DNA of 64,000 bases from Callorhinchus milii (taxonomy: Eukaryota), in assembly GCF_018977255.1 (NCBI RefSeq), contig NW_024704742.1, positions 24,554,001 through 24,618,000 of the forward strand, read 5' to 3'. Positions 1-12,238 of the stretch are shown here, one piece after another. A program made the position numbers and the translations under genes. Position 1 is the stretch's first letter; every line of letters starts with the position of its first letter. The notes under the pieces are model-generated. The model did no database searches. It was given only the letters and a program-made list of their open reading frames with translations, and was not told the DNA's origin.

Positions 1-60
1 GCTATTTTAAGTGTGTTGATGGGTTTCTTGCATGTGCCAGACACCCGGCTGACCAAAAAA
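1..60 (+). repeat. Unclassified interspersed repeat, copy 5 (3' terminus)
   Basis: tgatgggtttcttgcatgtgccagacacccggctgaccaaaaaa matches 12190-12235. Confidence 0.7.
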
Positions 61-107
61 CATTGCAACGTGTGGCTTGTTCTGATGCAACGACACCTTA
101 TAATACT

Positions 108-228
108 AATTATAATAAGAATTATTGCATTTGATATAGCACTTTTCACGTCTTCTAGACGTCTCAAAGTGCTTCACAGAATATAATATAAAGTGAATTG
201 ACTGTATATTTATGGGCGAAATGCGGCA
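108..228 (-). mobile_element. SINE 3' fragment
   Basis: Reverse-complement tail of the same SINE. Confidence 0.82.
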
Positions 229-937
229 GTTCATCAAAGAGCTTTGGTTTCTTGTTCTGTTAGCTCTGCTTGTAGTCCATTTCCTATTTCCAGTGCCTAA
301 CATTTGCCCTTTTACCTTGCTTTAAAAAAAAAGTCTTACATATCCTGTTTTCTTGTTATGAAGATATAGTCACTTGTGTTTGAATTTTATAGAAAGATTT
401 AACCTCAAACCTTTCACTGTTTTACATGCTTGACTTCTCGTTCAGGAGAGAAATGTCCAGGTGTAGCCAAGCTTTCCTTATGCACCTGTTCATCAGATAC
501 TCAGTAGACTAAACTAAAGCCCTCAAGTCTCTTAATTTACCCGTAGTTCTGATGACAGAGGTAATAAAGAGCTATCAGATTGGAGCAGAGACAATCTCCA
601 ATCACTGAATCTCCGATTCCAATCATTCCTTTTGTTTAACAATGCAAAATCTAGTTAATTGGTTCTTGCAGATGGCTATTTCTGATCTATAATTGAACTG
701 GGAATTCTATCAGACATCTTGGAGTAATGCCAAATCAGACCAGGTAATCTCTGTTAGTAGAATAAAATGTACTTTTGTGTGTTCGAAGCAGCAAATTGTA
801 TTTGTGAATGATGATGAGGAAGAGCTGACCATTGATGGCGTCCTGTAACATTGCTGTTTGAAATTTTATGGACGCGTTATAACTGGGCTTCATTGTATCT
901 GAGGATTTCCAGGGGAAGCCAGGAAACGTTTTTTTCT

Positions 938-1100
938 CATAACATAACATGTAGGAACAGGAGTAGGCCATTCGGCCCTTCGAGCCTGCCCCGCCATTCA
1001 ATCATGGCTGATCATCTAATCTAACTCCAGCTAATAACCTGACCCTGCCTGATCCCCATATCCCTTAATCCCTTTAACAACAAGAAATCTACCTATCTCT
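938..1100 (-). mobile_element. CR1 3' end fragment, same subfamily as 30332-31135
   Basis: Near-identical reverse complement of ~30970-31135. Confidence 0.9.
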
Positions 1101-1384
1101 TTTTGAGGTGTGCCGTGGAATCTTTAACATACACCCGGACAGACAGAACCTTGGTTTAACATCTCATATAAAGGATGACGCATCTGACTATACAGCACTC
1201 CTAGCATTACATTTGACTGTCGGCTAGACTATGAACTCATTTACAGTCCAGCTTGAACCTTCTGACTCAGAGGTGAGAGTGTGAGTAACTGAACCTGTGG
1301 TGTTAAACATCATGTCGTTTCTGTAAGACAGCAGAAGAAACCGGTTTGCGGTCACCTCTAGCCATCTCACAATTGCGGGCACAT

Positions 1385-1932
1385 TTTCACAGTCTCTTTC
1401 TTTGCATGCATTTCCATAAATCCCACCTACACGTGGAATTTCCAGATATAGATTGTTGGAGTGGATGTACACTCTCTCCCTGGAGGGACACATCCTGCTT
1501 ACCTAATTCCGGAAAAGCTCAGGCTGGCAAGAACCAAGCCTTGGGGACCCCTGCGTGCGCGTTGGGGTACTGCTGGAGTCTAACCAACTAAAACTGCATA
1601 GCTTGCCATTGAAATCGTTGTCTAGCAAGCTTTCCCACTGCTTGTCCAGCTAGGACCACCCTACCCGGTAGGGCTTTGGCTTGCAGGGTTAGCAGGAGCT
1701 GAGTAAGATGACTTCCTGCCCCGTGCCTGATCTTTCCTTCCAAGTTCCTTCCGATGAGACTGGCGATGCTGTCTGTCATCGGTCGTGTCCTGTAATACTG
1801 CGGACCTGCCTCGCTCGGGAACCAGATTACCAAGACTGCCACAGCTCGGTTCTGACATTCTGTTGCCAAACATGTCACCTGGGAGTCGGTTCAACTCCAA
1901 GAAGACCCTGCTTACCTTCCCCCTATACAAGG
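1385..1932 (-). repeat. Unclassified interspersed repeat, copy 1
   Basis: Aligns by eye with 4660-5170, 47478-47880, and in reverse with 11938-12238. Confidence 0.8.
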
Positions 1933-4659
1933 AGCACAGTCGGTGAATTAACTAAAGCACAGTGTAGCACTGCACAGCAATTAAAACAAAATTAAATGCA
2001 TCGTCTGTGTTTGCCATTACATTTTCCAATCCAAGCTTATTTTGTACTCAAATTGAGTGAGCATGATTTCTCACTCAGGCTTAGGGGGATGGTGGAAATC
2101 ACAAAAGAGGCAGAAGGATGTCAAACCGCCTACTTCTGAGCAGATTTACTTCCTTACTGTACTATAGATGTGCAGAGATGTATGGGCGTGGGGCACAGCA
2201 CCGTGTGGGAGTTTTCGGTAAGACTTGTCCACTCAGCCCCGAGTGGAGGTTACCGTATTGGAAAGTTGTATTAAAATTAAAAATCAAGAATAAATCTCCC
2301 AATTAAAAATGAAGTGTTATTTTCTTTAGCTTCTGTTTTAAAATTGTACTTTGCTGTTTGTCTTCCTTCGTGCTCCCCGGCCCCATTATTCTCGCACTAT
2401 GTCCAGTACTGAACACAACAGTGTGAGATTTTGTTTCCTCTCTGTACCCATCATTTGTTGAGGCTCTTTTACGGAAGTGAGCGAAACTTTCCCTTTACAG
2501 CCTCCCAATCACCCACATTCGTTCCTGACTTTGTACTCAATCCGCAGCACAGAATGTTTTGTAATGGTGAATAAACCATGTGGCGCGAGAATTGTTTTAT
2601 TTCAAAGGTGATGACACTTTTTAACATAAAATGTTAAACTTTTGGGGGAAGGGAAGGAAAAACTCCTAAAGCGATTGAAAATCGAGTCAAGAAAATTGGT
2701 GCCCCGAGAGTAAATAATGACTGTTTTTAAAAACAAATGCAACAGTAGTGCCCTTTTTTTAAAATCTTGCAGGTGTTTATCAGTCATGGTTTAGGCTGCA
2801 TTTCTGATACTTTAATTTATTCTGGCATCCTGTTCCACTATCGGTGTCTATTTTAATAGTAATGGTATCTCATTACTGTTATTACCATCTCAACAAAGAA
2901 GTGAAAGGGATTTATTCCGCTGCTCTGACCTTCATTGAGATGAGCTGTAATTTTAAAGTACTCTTACCCCCCTCCCCCACCCCCCCACTCTCCAGACCAC
3001 TGTGAGGACAAATGAAGTGGGCTTTTTCCTCTTGCATCCTCTGTGCTCCTCCTGTTTCAGTGTTTGGTGCTCACTGCTGCCAGTGAGGTTTTGTCTGTTG
3101 TTGGGGCAAAGATCACAAACTTTCTTAAAGAGCATTAAATAGATAAATGATCCTTGCATTTGTTACAGTGCCTTTCACATCGGAAGGATGTCTCCAAGTA
3201 TTTCATAGAATATACTGTAAAGTATGATATGCAAATGTAATTTGTTGTTGCTCTTGTATTTCCTCACTTTCCTCCCCTCCTCTATTTTAAATGCAATGTT
3301 TCTCCCTCCGAGTTCCATTGTCCATTTTGGAAATGTCAGCGTAATTATTAAAGCTCTTTGTGTTTTCTGCATCAAACCAGGTTGAGGACTGCTGAAAGTG
3401 TATTGCAGGTTTTCCCCATAGCCCAAAGGCATCTCACGTACATGTGGCTACTTGCATTAAAGTAGTTCAAATGTTCAATTTTAGAGGTGGTTTTAAACAT
3501 CGAATTATCATAGCGACTTAAAAATTTCTGCATGTTGCTGCAGTAGCACAATGGTTTTTTTAGGTTTTGTTATTGCTGAGATCAACTTGGACTGTTTCGG
3601 CCGCACAAGTGGTGCAGTGTGGACACCGTGGCTGCAATGTAAATTCTGGGTTCACTCCCAAATGATGTCCCCCAAGAACTACTATTATTTTGGATGTTTA
3701 AGAACAAGCCATCCGACTCGCTCTTTAATAACGAAGGTGAACTTCTCAACGCCTGATTGCAGTATTCTGCGGATATGCAATTACGCGTGCACAGGGTTCT
3801 GGAATTTTGCAGTGAGACATGAAGTGAGTGTCGGATGACCTTCCCGGTCGGTCTCCTGCTCGAAGCTTCCAATAGAGCCAGCCTCCAGAAGAATGTATTT
3901 GCTGAGTGATCTGAAAAATATGGTGGGTGGCGAGTGCGAAAGGGGGAGGGAAGAGGAGCTGTAAATGTGGGTATGGCACATTAACACTACTGATTAAGGG
4001 TTCATAAAAGTGCCTGCTGTCATCTTTGAGATTTGGGTGGTGAAGAGCTGAGCTGTTTTATTTTTATTGTATTATTTTATTTTATTTATTTATTGTAAAA
4101 TAAAATTTTATTGCAACGCATAAGACACCGTGCTTTACAGTACTGTGCTTTCCATCATTATGGAAATCTGTAATCATTTCTTAGTGCGTGATCTTGCGTT
4201 TGTAATGTCCGGGTTGTCTTTAGAACCACCTGTTTGAAACATTGTCAGTATTGTTGGTGATTTTTAATTCTATTCCACCACAGAACAATATGCTCACTTT
4301 TCCACAGTTTACAAAACTATATGACTATTAATGCTGTAGATCGACACATTTGTTTTCTTTTCGGCTTTCATGTGTCTAATGTTTATGTGTGTTACATCTG
4401 GACAAATTCAACATCTCTTGGGCAGTTTCTGGTGAAAGTTTAATGTGGTTTGGCATGTTTACTGTGAGTGCCTGCAAGAGTGCAGGACTTCTTAGACCCT
4501 GGAGCAAGTTTTAAAAAAACAACTGACAACACATTTTTAAATTGGCAAGTTCCAGCAAAGCCTGTCAAAACTCAATGGTCTTGATGGTGAAACTTTTATT
4601 TCAATTAACAATGAAGCTTGCCTGTGATATGGTACTCATGTATCCTCCGCATGACTTTC

Positions 4660-5170
4660 TTTTTGGTCATCCAGCTGTCTGACACATGCAGAAACCCATC
4701 ATACTGTTTCCGCATTTCCAAACCAGACAGAATTCCATATATACATTATATATGTATGCCACGTCTGCATAGAAATTTCCGCGTGTCTGGAATGGAATGT
4801 GCATGCTCTTCCTGGAGGGAAGCACACAACTTGCCTAGTCCTGGAGAGTATTAGGTGCAGATTGGCAAGAGCCAATGTTCGTGGACCCCAGAGTGTGTGA
4901 TGAGGGTATTGCTGAAGTTTAACCATTAAAATAGCAGAGTTTGCCATTAAGAGCACTGTTTGGCAAGCTTCCTGCTGCTTGTCCAGCTAGGACCACCTTA
5001 CCGGTTAGGGCTTTGGCTTTGAGTTGATAGGAACTGAGTGGAATCCCTATCCCAAGTGACTGGTCTACATTTCCAAGTCCTGCTGAAGAGTCAGGCTGGC
5101 TGTGCCGTCATCAGCAGTGTCCTGGAGTACTGTAACTGAGGAATACTGAGAGCTCCAAGGAGAATCAGGT
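4660..5170 (-). repeat. Unclassified interspersed repeat, copy 2
   Basis: Shares gcaagcttcc..ctgcttgtccagctaggaccacc with copies 1 and 4; starts at the tttttggtca terminus. Confidence 0.8.
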
Positions 5171-6655
5171 TACACCCTCCCTGCTATGAAATGATCATTG
5201 TTTTTGTTCTTAAAATGTTTGTATTACAAAAAAATGCACAACTTGAAACAAATCAATACTCAATTATCCAAATAAATAACAAAATGTACTCTTATGAATG
5301 AATGCACTGAATCCACCTTACAGTGTTCTGATATATTTGAATATCACAGATTATAAATTAAAGTTGTTGCTTGTATTAGTCTGCACTGTTCTCTTTCATT
5401 TAGATATGTTTAGGTGCTGAATTTGCAGGCAACGGTTAGGAAGGGGAGAGGGAGAGTGGGTTTATGCAAATAAAGGTAGTACTGCTGGCTTGTTTTGAAA
5501 GAGCAATTTTAAAGCTCCATCAATTCCAGGACATACCCTGATTTTGTAAGTTCCCCTTAATGGAGAAAAACTCTCACCAAGTTCTGTGCATGTATTTGTG
5601 AGCCTTTATGTATTTTTCGCCCTCTTAGTGTTTTTTAGAGAGATGTCTGCAACTTAGAAGTCATGGCAAGTGCCTCTTACAATTGAGTGCTACCTTCTAG
5701 GAAATTACCCTAATAAATCTGACGTTCCATCTTGAAGATTAAGCTAATTTGTACTAAATGCCAGATTGCTTATCGTGGCTTCTTTTTCTCTTTCTCCCCC
5801 CCAAAAAAATCTTTTCACACTATTGTAATGTTCGATTTGCACAGCGGAATTTGTGTCAACCTTTGTGCTCAACACTTGTAACACTGCAGGGTGAGATCAT
5901 GAGATGTATAATATGGGATATGCTATCTGGCTTTGCTGCTTTTTATTGTTGTGGGAGAGGCTCCTGTAAATGTAGTGATTGATGATGGGGAGTGGCAGGA
6001 GGTGAGCTTAATGAAACTTGAAAATCAGAAGAAAACTACCGGAGGCCCAGCGATCAACCATCGAAACTAAAAGAATTAAGGTAGAATGTGAATGCTTCCT
6101 TAATTATTGGTGTGAAAACTGAGATTGAAGCTTAAATAAGATATAGGGCACACAAATCAAATAAATAATAAAGTATATAACAACATACAACAATGGAAAA
6201 AACTGGAGTGGAAACGCAAGCCAGGATATTGAAACTCAAGAGAAGCAAAGCATTGGAATACAAGTGAGAAAGGAAAATGCACTGAAGAACGAGAAGCAAG
6301 CACTTCTGAATTGCAGGCTCCATTTTCCTAGCCTGGTGCCAGGGCCAACGTGCAAAATATACATTTATTAGCCTACAATGTTATCTGTCTGTTTCTGTGC
6401 ACATTGTGTGAATAGCTCGGGCTTGTGTCCAATTGTGTAATTGGAATTCAGTGTCCTAATGGGTTGGTCAGGTTTATGGAAACCTCATAGAACCAAAGAC
6501 AAACTCTGCCTCAGACTGTTAATTCTCCCTGACAGAGGTAACTGGCGGAAGAGGATATTGCTGCTTTCTGTGGAGTTAAATACCCCGGTTTCCAGAAGAT
6601 GTGGCATTTCCTGCTTTTCCTTTGCTTTTAGGACAATGCATTTCTCCCCTTGCAA

Positions 6656-6679
6656 CCCCCCCCCCCCCCCCCCCCCCCC
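6656..6679 (+). repeat. Poly-C homopolymer (24 nt)
   Basis: Direct observation. Confidence 0.9.
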
Positions 6680-7632
6680 AATAATCTGCTATTAAAACCA
6701 ACATTAATGGGGAAAGCATATACCAGAGGGGAAGGTTGTTCTCCTCCCCGCTCTCTCTCCTGTTCTCCCCCATTTAATTAGAAGAAAATAATTTTGCATA
6801 ATATTTTCTTTGGTCCCAAAGCTGTTAAGCCGGTCTGACGTATGTTTATGGGTTAGAGCCAGCCATGTGCTGGAACAGCAGTGTTTTAGGTTAATGTTAA
6901 TGGGAGCCTGGAAGACGATTCAGAGTGGCCTAACCCTGGAAAAGCACGTTATTGAGTGGGTATTGTTGCATGTTTGTCAGCACTATGCCTTTGTGGGGTC
7001 AAGTATCCCCAGATTGATTCTCAGGCATCTCTGATTCAATCTGCCAAACTGAAGAAAGTTTGACGCACCAAAATATCTGGTTCAGAGAATTGAGAAATTG
7101 TAAGAGACAATTTAATTTCCATCTGGTAATGAAGAGACGATCTTGGGAATGGCTTCTTGCCTGAAGGTTATGGAGGCCACTCAATATGAGCATTAGCAAA
7201 TGCAAAGATTATAAATATGATCTGAATGTTAGAGCTTTGCCTCTCTTTTTCTCTCCCCTCCCCCTCATAAAAAAAATCTTGCAACTACTAATAAGCTTCG
7301 AAAATAAATCTTGTGCATAAGGATCACGTTTTATTAAACAAAAAAGAATCTACAAATTCGGCTAGTTCTCAAGCTTTCGAATCAATCAGTTCTCAATCCT
7401 GACTGCAGCACTCGCCATTAAACAACATAAATCTCATTCTGATCAGCTTTATGAAGTTTATTCTTTCTCTTTTACCTTATTTGTTAGATGTCCCTCATTA
7501 TACCAGTGTTGTTGTTATCATTATTATTATTCTCCTTAGCTGCTACGCTTCCAAACCAGAGCACGTTTTGAGTGGGATTCAGCTAATAGTTTGGTAGGAT
7601 TTCTTGACTTCTTTCAGTCTTGTTCCGTACAA

Positions 7633-7954
7633 GGAGTCCTGTAGCTCAGTGGTTAGAGCACTCGCTTTGCAAGCGAGAGACCTGAGTTCAATTCCAGGCA
7701 GAGGGCGAAACCTTGGGCAAGTTTCCTTACTCCACACAGAGCCTAATAATAATCCCTCCAAAACCAAAACAATAATAAATTGGTCATTTTCAATCTACGG
7801 CTGTTTGTGGGACATTGCTGTGCGCAATTGGCTGCCGCGTTCGCCCACAAATATACAGTCAATTCACTTTACAGTGTGTTCTGTGAAGCGCTTTGGGACG
7901 TCCTCCCGACGTGAAAAGCGCTATATCAAATGCAAGGATTATTCTTATTATTAT
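7633..7954 (+). mobile_element. tRNA-derived SINE with L2-type tail (short subfamily)
   Basis: Pol III A box (tagctcagtgg) and B box (gagttcaattcc); body; tail aagcgctttgggacgtc...gcgctatatcaaatgcaaggattatt. Confidence 0.9.
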
Positions 7955-9082
7955 TCCGCAGTGAACAATTAATTATAATCTGAACCACTGAGGTTCTTCA
8001 TCCCAAGTCAAAGCTGCGAGTAACTTGCCTCTGTGCTGATTCCTACATTGATAAAGTTCTGCGATTCTTTACAATAGTGTAACCTTTTACACCCTCCCAT
8101 CCCCCACTAAAAAAAATTGCACCAAACTGATTGGAAAGCTCAGCTGTGACTTTGAGCACTGAATCTAGAACCTTTTAAAGGTTGGTTGAATAGTGCAGTG
8201 TTACAAGCGTTATGTTTTCATTTGTACCTTGCAATGTTGGAGCGCAGACAGCATTTTTGAAAGTGTTTGCGTCACCAATTTAGATATCCCCTTTTATTTG
8301 TGTACAACGCTTTGAGGGCTGTCAGATCTTTTCATCGGATGTTTTAGCATTTTGAAAATTGGTTGTTTGGCTGTGGTGTCATGTCCCAAGTGCAGCAAAA
8401 AAAAACTAGTACACCCACTTGATTTGACCATTGAGCTCTTGTCATAGATTTTATAAACATAACATTTTTATGACTGTAGTATAAGCTTCCTTAGTCTTTT
8501 CTGGTATCCCCGCATTGACTTTTTTTTACATTTATTGATTGTGTAATTTGGACATGAAGATAGAATCTATTTTTCAAGATTGTGTTATTGAAAGTGATGA
8601 TAGCCAATGCACACTCACAAACACACACTCACAAATTAAAAGAACAATTGAAGTACATTTGTTGACTGTTAATAATTACGGTCCTATGAATAAGTAAGCT
8701 CTCAATAAGCAAGATGTGTTTACTGTAAAACTGCCATTCTGTTGAATACTCACTTGGACCAATTCCATCGTAGCTGAGTGTTGCCAAACATGTAACAAAC
8801 GTTTTATGTGCCGATTGAAAACTTCATTTCAGCCTGCTCAATCACTGTTCAACAGTTGAAGTTAGAAGTAATAGTTAATTATTTTTAGAATGTTTCCATG
8901 GCATGAAAATAACACTCATAAAAGTTTATTGCGTTCTTTTGTTTAATAGCCAACCCTGGGGCAGGGTAAATCAGTCAAAAAGAAAAAAAAAGGGCTCAAA
9001 TGATTGTGACACCTGTGATATTGTAACTCATCTTCATCTCTCCTGCGCTATTTCCAGCTGATGCCGTCCTTTTGCAGAAGGT

Positions 9083-9340
9083 GTCAGCCTGGCTCAGTTG
9101 GTCGCACTCTCGTCATTGAGTCAGAAGGTTGTGGGTCCAAGCCTCATGTCAGGACTTTATCTGGACTGTCACTCCGATATGGTGCTGAGGATGTACTGCA
9201 TTGTTGGTGTTGCTGACGGCATACTGCATTTTCGGGCTTGCTTTTCTTCTGATGAGACATTAAACTGAGATCCCACCTGTCTGTTCAGATAGACTTTAAA
9301 GATACGGTTTCAAAAGAGAAAAGAATTCTCCTGGCGTCCA
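9083..9340 (+). mobile_element. Deu-domain SINE (SacSINE1/AmnSINE1-like)
   Basis: Head gtcagcctggctcagttggtcgcactctcg..tgagtcagaaggttgtggg; Deu-like core ctgatgagacattaaactgag (family assignment from memory). Confidence 0.75.
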
Positions 9341-9343
9341 CAA

Positions 9344-9741
9344 GAATTCAAAATCCTCGTCCTCGCCTTCAAAGCCCTCCACGTCCTTGCTCCTCCCTAC
9401 CTCTGTGAACTACTAACTCCATATTGACTCCTCCGCTCATCAGGCTCCAGTCTGCTCCTTGTTCACCGCTCGAACTGCCCCAACATCGGCGGTAAGGCAT
9501 TCAGCTTCTCTGCCTCCCCCTTTGGAAATCCATCTCACAGTCCCTTTGCCTTGCCCCCTCCCTTGCCTCCTTTAAATACCATATCAAGACCCTCCTGTTC
9601 GATCCTGCCTTCGGTCACTGCCCTCCACTCCTTGCCCTCCATTCTTCTTGACCTACCAGCTCGGGTCCAAATCCCCAACTGTTCAGCGCCTTTGGACATC
9701 CTCCCGACACGAAAGGCACTGTACAAATGTAATTTTGTTGT
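9344..9741 (+). mobile_element. L2 LINE 3' fragment
   Basis: FKILVLAFKALHVLAPPYL, GGKAF and the same tail as 21925-22498. Confidence 0.88.
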
Positions 9742-11160
9742 CCTGGCCGGTCCCTCAGATAAAATTAGTCATTCACTTCATGGCTGTAGGCAAATTGGCT
9801 GCTGTGTTTGCCTATAAATAGTCACTACACTTTACAAGTCCTATCAAGACATTCTCCCTACATGAAAGGTGCAGTATTAAATATTACAAGTATGTGGATG
9901 ATGTGAATGTGCTTTGGAACATCCTCCCTACATGAACGGCGCTAGAAAATTAAATTGTATTCTGCCTCTGCTCTCTGATACTCCATCCTGGAGTCCCTCT
10001 GCTTTGCTTCCTCCATCCATGCCTTCAAAATCTGCCTTAAAACTCACCTCTTTGAATGGTCTTTTGGCAATCTTTTTCCCACCGGCTCACCTCAGACAGT
10101 TGGCTGTCCTGACATTAAAGGCGCTATATAAATGTAAATTGCTGTTTCAACAATGTGATAAGGTGCTATAAGGAATGCAAAAAAATATTATTTGCTATTG
10201 CAAGAGGCTGTGACCTAAAATTTTCTAGTAGAAAGAGTGGGGTGATTCATGATTCACACACTAATTACTTAGATATAGCAATCCTTTGAATTTCTCATTA
10301 TAGAAAGCTTTGGGAACTTTCATTTTACTTGTACATTTAAGAGCAAGTTACCCATTGGTGCATTGAGTTTGCTTGGTAGAGGACTTACTTGTTGATACTG
10401 CATTGATCCAGCATTGGAGCGCAAGCAGAGTTGTACTAGTTGTCGTTGCATTCAGTCGCTTTTTTTAAAAAAAATAACTTGATTTGTGTCTTTGTTGGCT
10501 TGTCACTGTAAGTTTTTATTTTAAACCTGGAAACATCAAATCCGCCCAAGCGGGAGAGAATGTTTCTGAAATGCAGTAATATTGTGATCATTTTCTGTAA
10601 ACAACAGCTTTTTTAATAATTGATCGAATTGTCCAACACAATGCATTGAGAATAACTTGGTGAGTGGAGTCCTTGCTGAATTCTGATGCTTTGAAACTGG
10701 GCTGAAGGGGAAGAAAAGTGGAGAATACAACTTAGCTATTGCTCAGGCCGTGCGTGGATTGCATTCTATTGTTTGAACATAAACTATCCATCACCGTGAA
10801 GAGGTTCTGTAGCCGACATAGCTGAAGTCCTGCAGCTGTGTTTTAAAGCAAGCCTATCTGGACTGAGTCCAGGCCTGTTCACTAGAGGGTCTTATTGAAG
10901 TTACTTATAAGAACAGCGCACTAAGCTGAATGAGCAACAAATTATATATTTGTTTATTTTTGGTCAAAATTAGATGGTAGGAGACGATACGAGAAGAATT
11001 GGAATGTGAACTAAATAGTGGGATGCTTTTTTCCACATATGTCATTTAGCTATTATGCCAATTAGGCTAATATGCTGCTTTGTAATAAACTGCCAAGTCA
11101 TCTGTGTGGTTATTGAGAAATAAACCAGAAGAGTAATTTGGAAATTTGCAGCAGTTGATC

Positions 11161-11550
11161 AACAATAACAAATTGCATTTATTATATAGCACTTTTCACA
11201 TCGGGAGGACGTCCCATCCAGACAGGCGAGGCTTTGCACCTATGCTGGAGGTTGGATTCAAGCGGGGTGGAGGCCAAAGGGGATGGGGGTGGGAAGATGA
11301 TAGACAGCACGGTCAAAGAGGAAGGTATGAAACAGACCTTGAAGGAAGAAATGGAGGTGGCCAGGTGAAGGGATTCCGGGATGGAGTTTCAGCGGATGGG
11401 GGTAGACCCCTGATGGGGGGGTCGGCAGGGCAGGGCTGGGGACATGAAGCAAGTCAGTGACTGCTGAGTAGTGGGGTTGGGTTTGTAAGGTTTAGCAAGT
11501 CACAGAGGTTGGGTGGGACAAGACCATGGAAGGCTTTAAAAGTGAGGACG
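11161..11550 (-). mobile_element. L2 LINE 3' fragment, degenerate
   Basis: Reverse-complement L2 tail and 3' UTR. Confidence 0.75.
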
Positions 11551-11937
11551 AAGTCACATATGATCCTTCATCAATAAACCCTGGTCTTTTATGATGCTGT
11601 ATTAAATGTGAGAGTATTGCATTTCCTCTTTACCCTTCAGGGGAATGATTGAGGGAAAAAAGTAATTGCATGGCATTGTGTTGGTGCATTTCTTGTTAGA
11701 GAGGCCATAAAAAACTGCTTGACTGACTGGAGCCAGTATTGGTAGCTTTCAGAACCATGTCAGGTTAGATATAAAAATATTTGATTCCTACCAAATACTG
11801 TCGAAATAACCTTTTTTTTGTGAATAGCTAAAGATAAACAAACAGGCTTATCTGCTGTATGTTGAGTCTGTGCAGCAAAATTGCGAATGCATTCTATTTT
11901 ACCAAAGTTTTTTGATGTTTGAAGAGTATTTCAAACC

Positions 11938-12238
11938 CTGGCAGCTATGTGGTTGTAGCTACTTGGTTATAGCTGGTCAGTATCCAGCAGTTACCCCAAC
12001 GCACACTCCCGAGTACCCAAGCCTTGGCTCTTGACAAACTGCGCCTAATACTTTACAGATTTAGGAGAGCAGGATGCATCCCTGCCAGGAGAGAGTGTGC
12101 CTTCCATTCCAACAATCTATCCCTGGAATTTTTATGTGTAGGTGGGATGCATGGAACTCTTCGTTTTGGTTTGGATACTCTTAAGCGTGGTGATGGATTT
12201 CTGCATGTGTTAAGACACCAGACTGACCAAAAATAAAA
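11938..12238 (+). repeat. Unclassified interspersed repeat, copy 3 (3' part ending gaccaaaaataaaa)
   Basis: Reverse complement of parts of copies 1 and 2. Confidence 0.78.

Noticed and set aside
466..496. Minus-strand CTGATGA...GAAAGCTTG resembling a Penelope-type minimal hammerhead ribozyme
   Set aside because: No stem II or stem I pairing; at best a decayed remnant.
5982..6007. ATG ATG GGG AGT GGC AGG AG|GTGAGC, a phase-compatible alternative first exon
   Set aside because: No promoter or CpG context; such matches are expected by chance in a 15-kb intron.
7369..7402. Minus-strand ...gaactgattgattcGAAAGCTTG hammerhead-like motif
   Set aside because: The CUGAnGA core is not intact.
7633..7710. 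tRNA-Ala/Val-like genes at SINE heads (also 26295, 52056, 61629)
   Set aside because: No acceptor-stem closure or Pol III terminator; they run directly into the SINE body.
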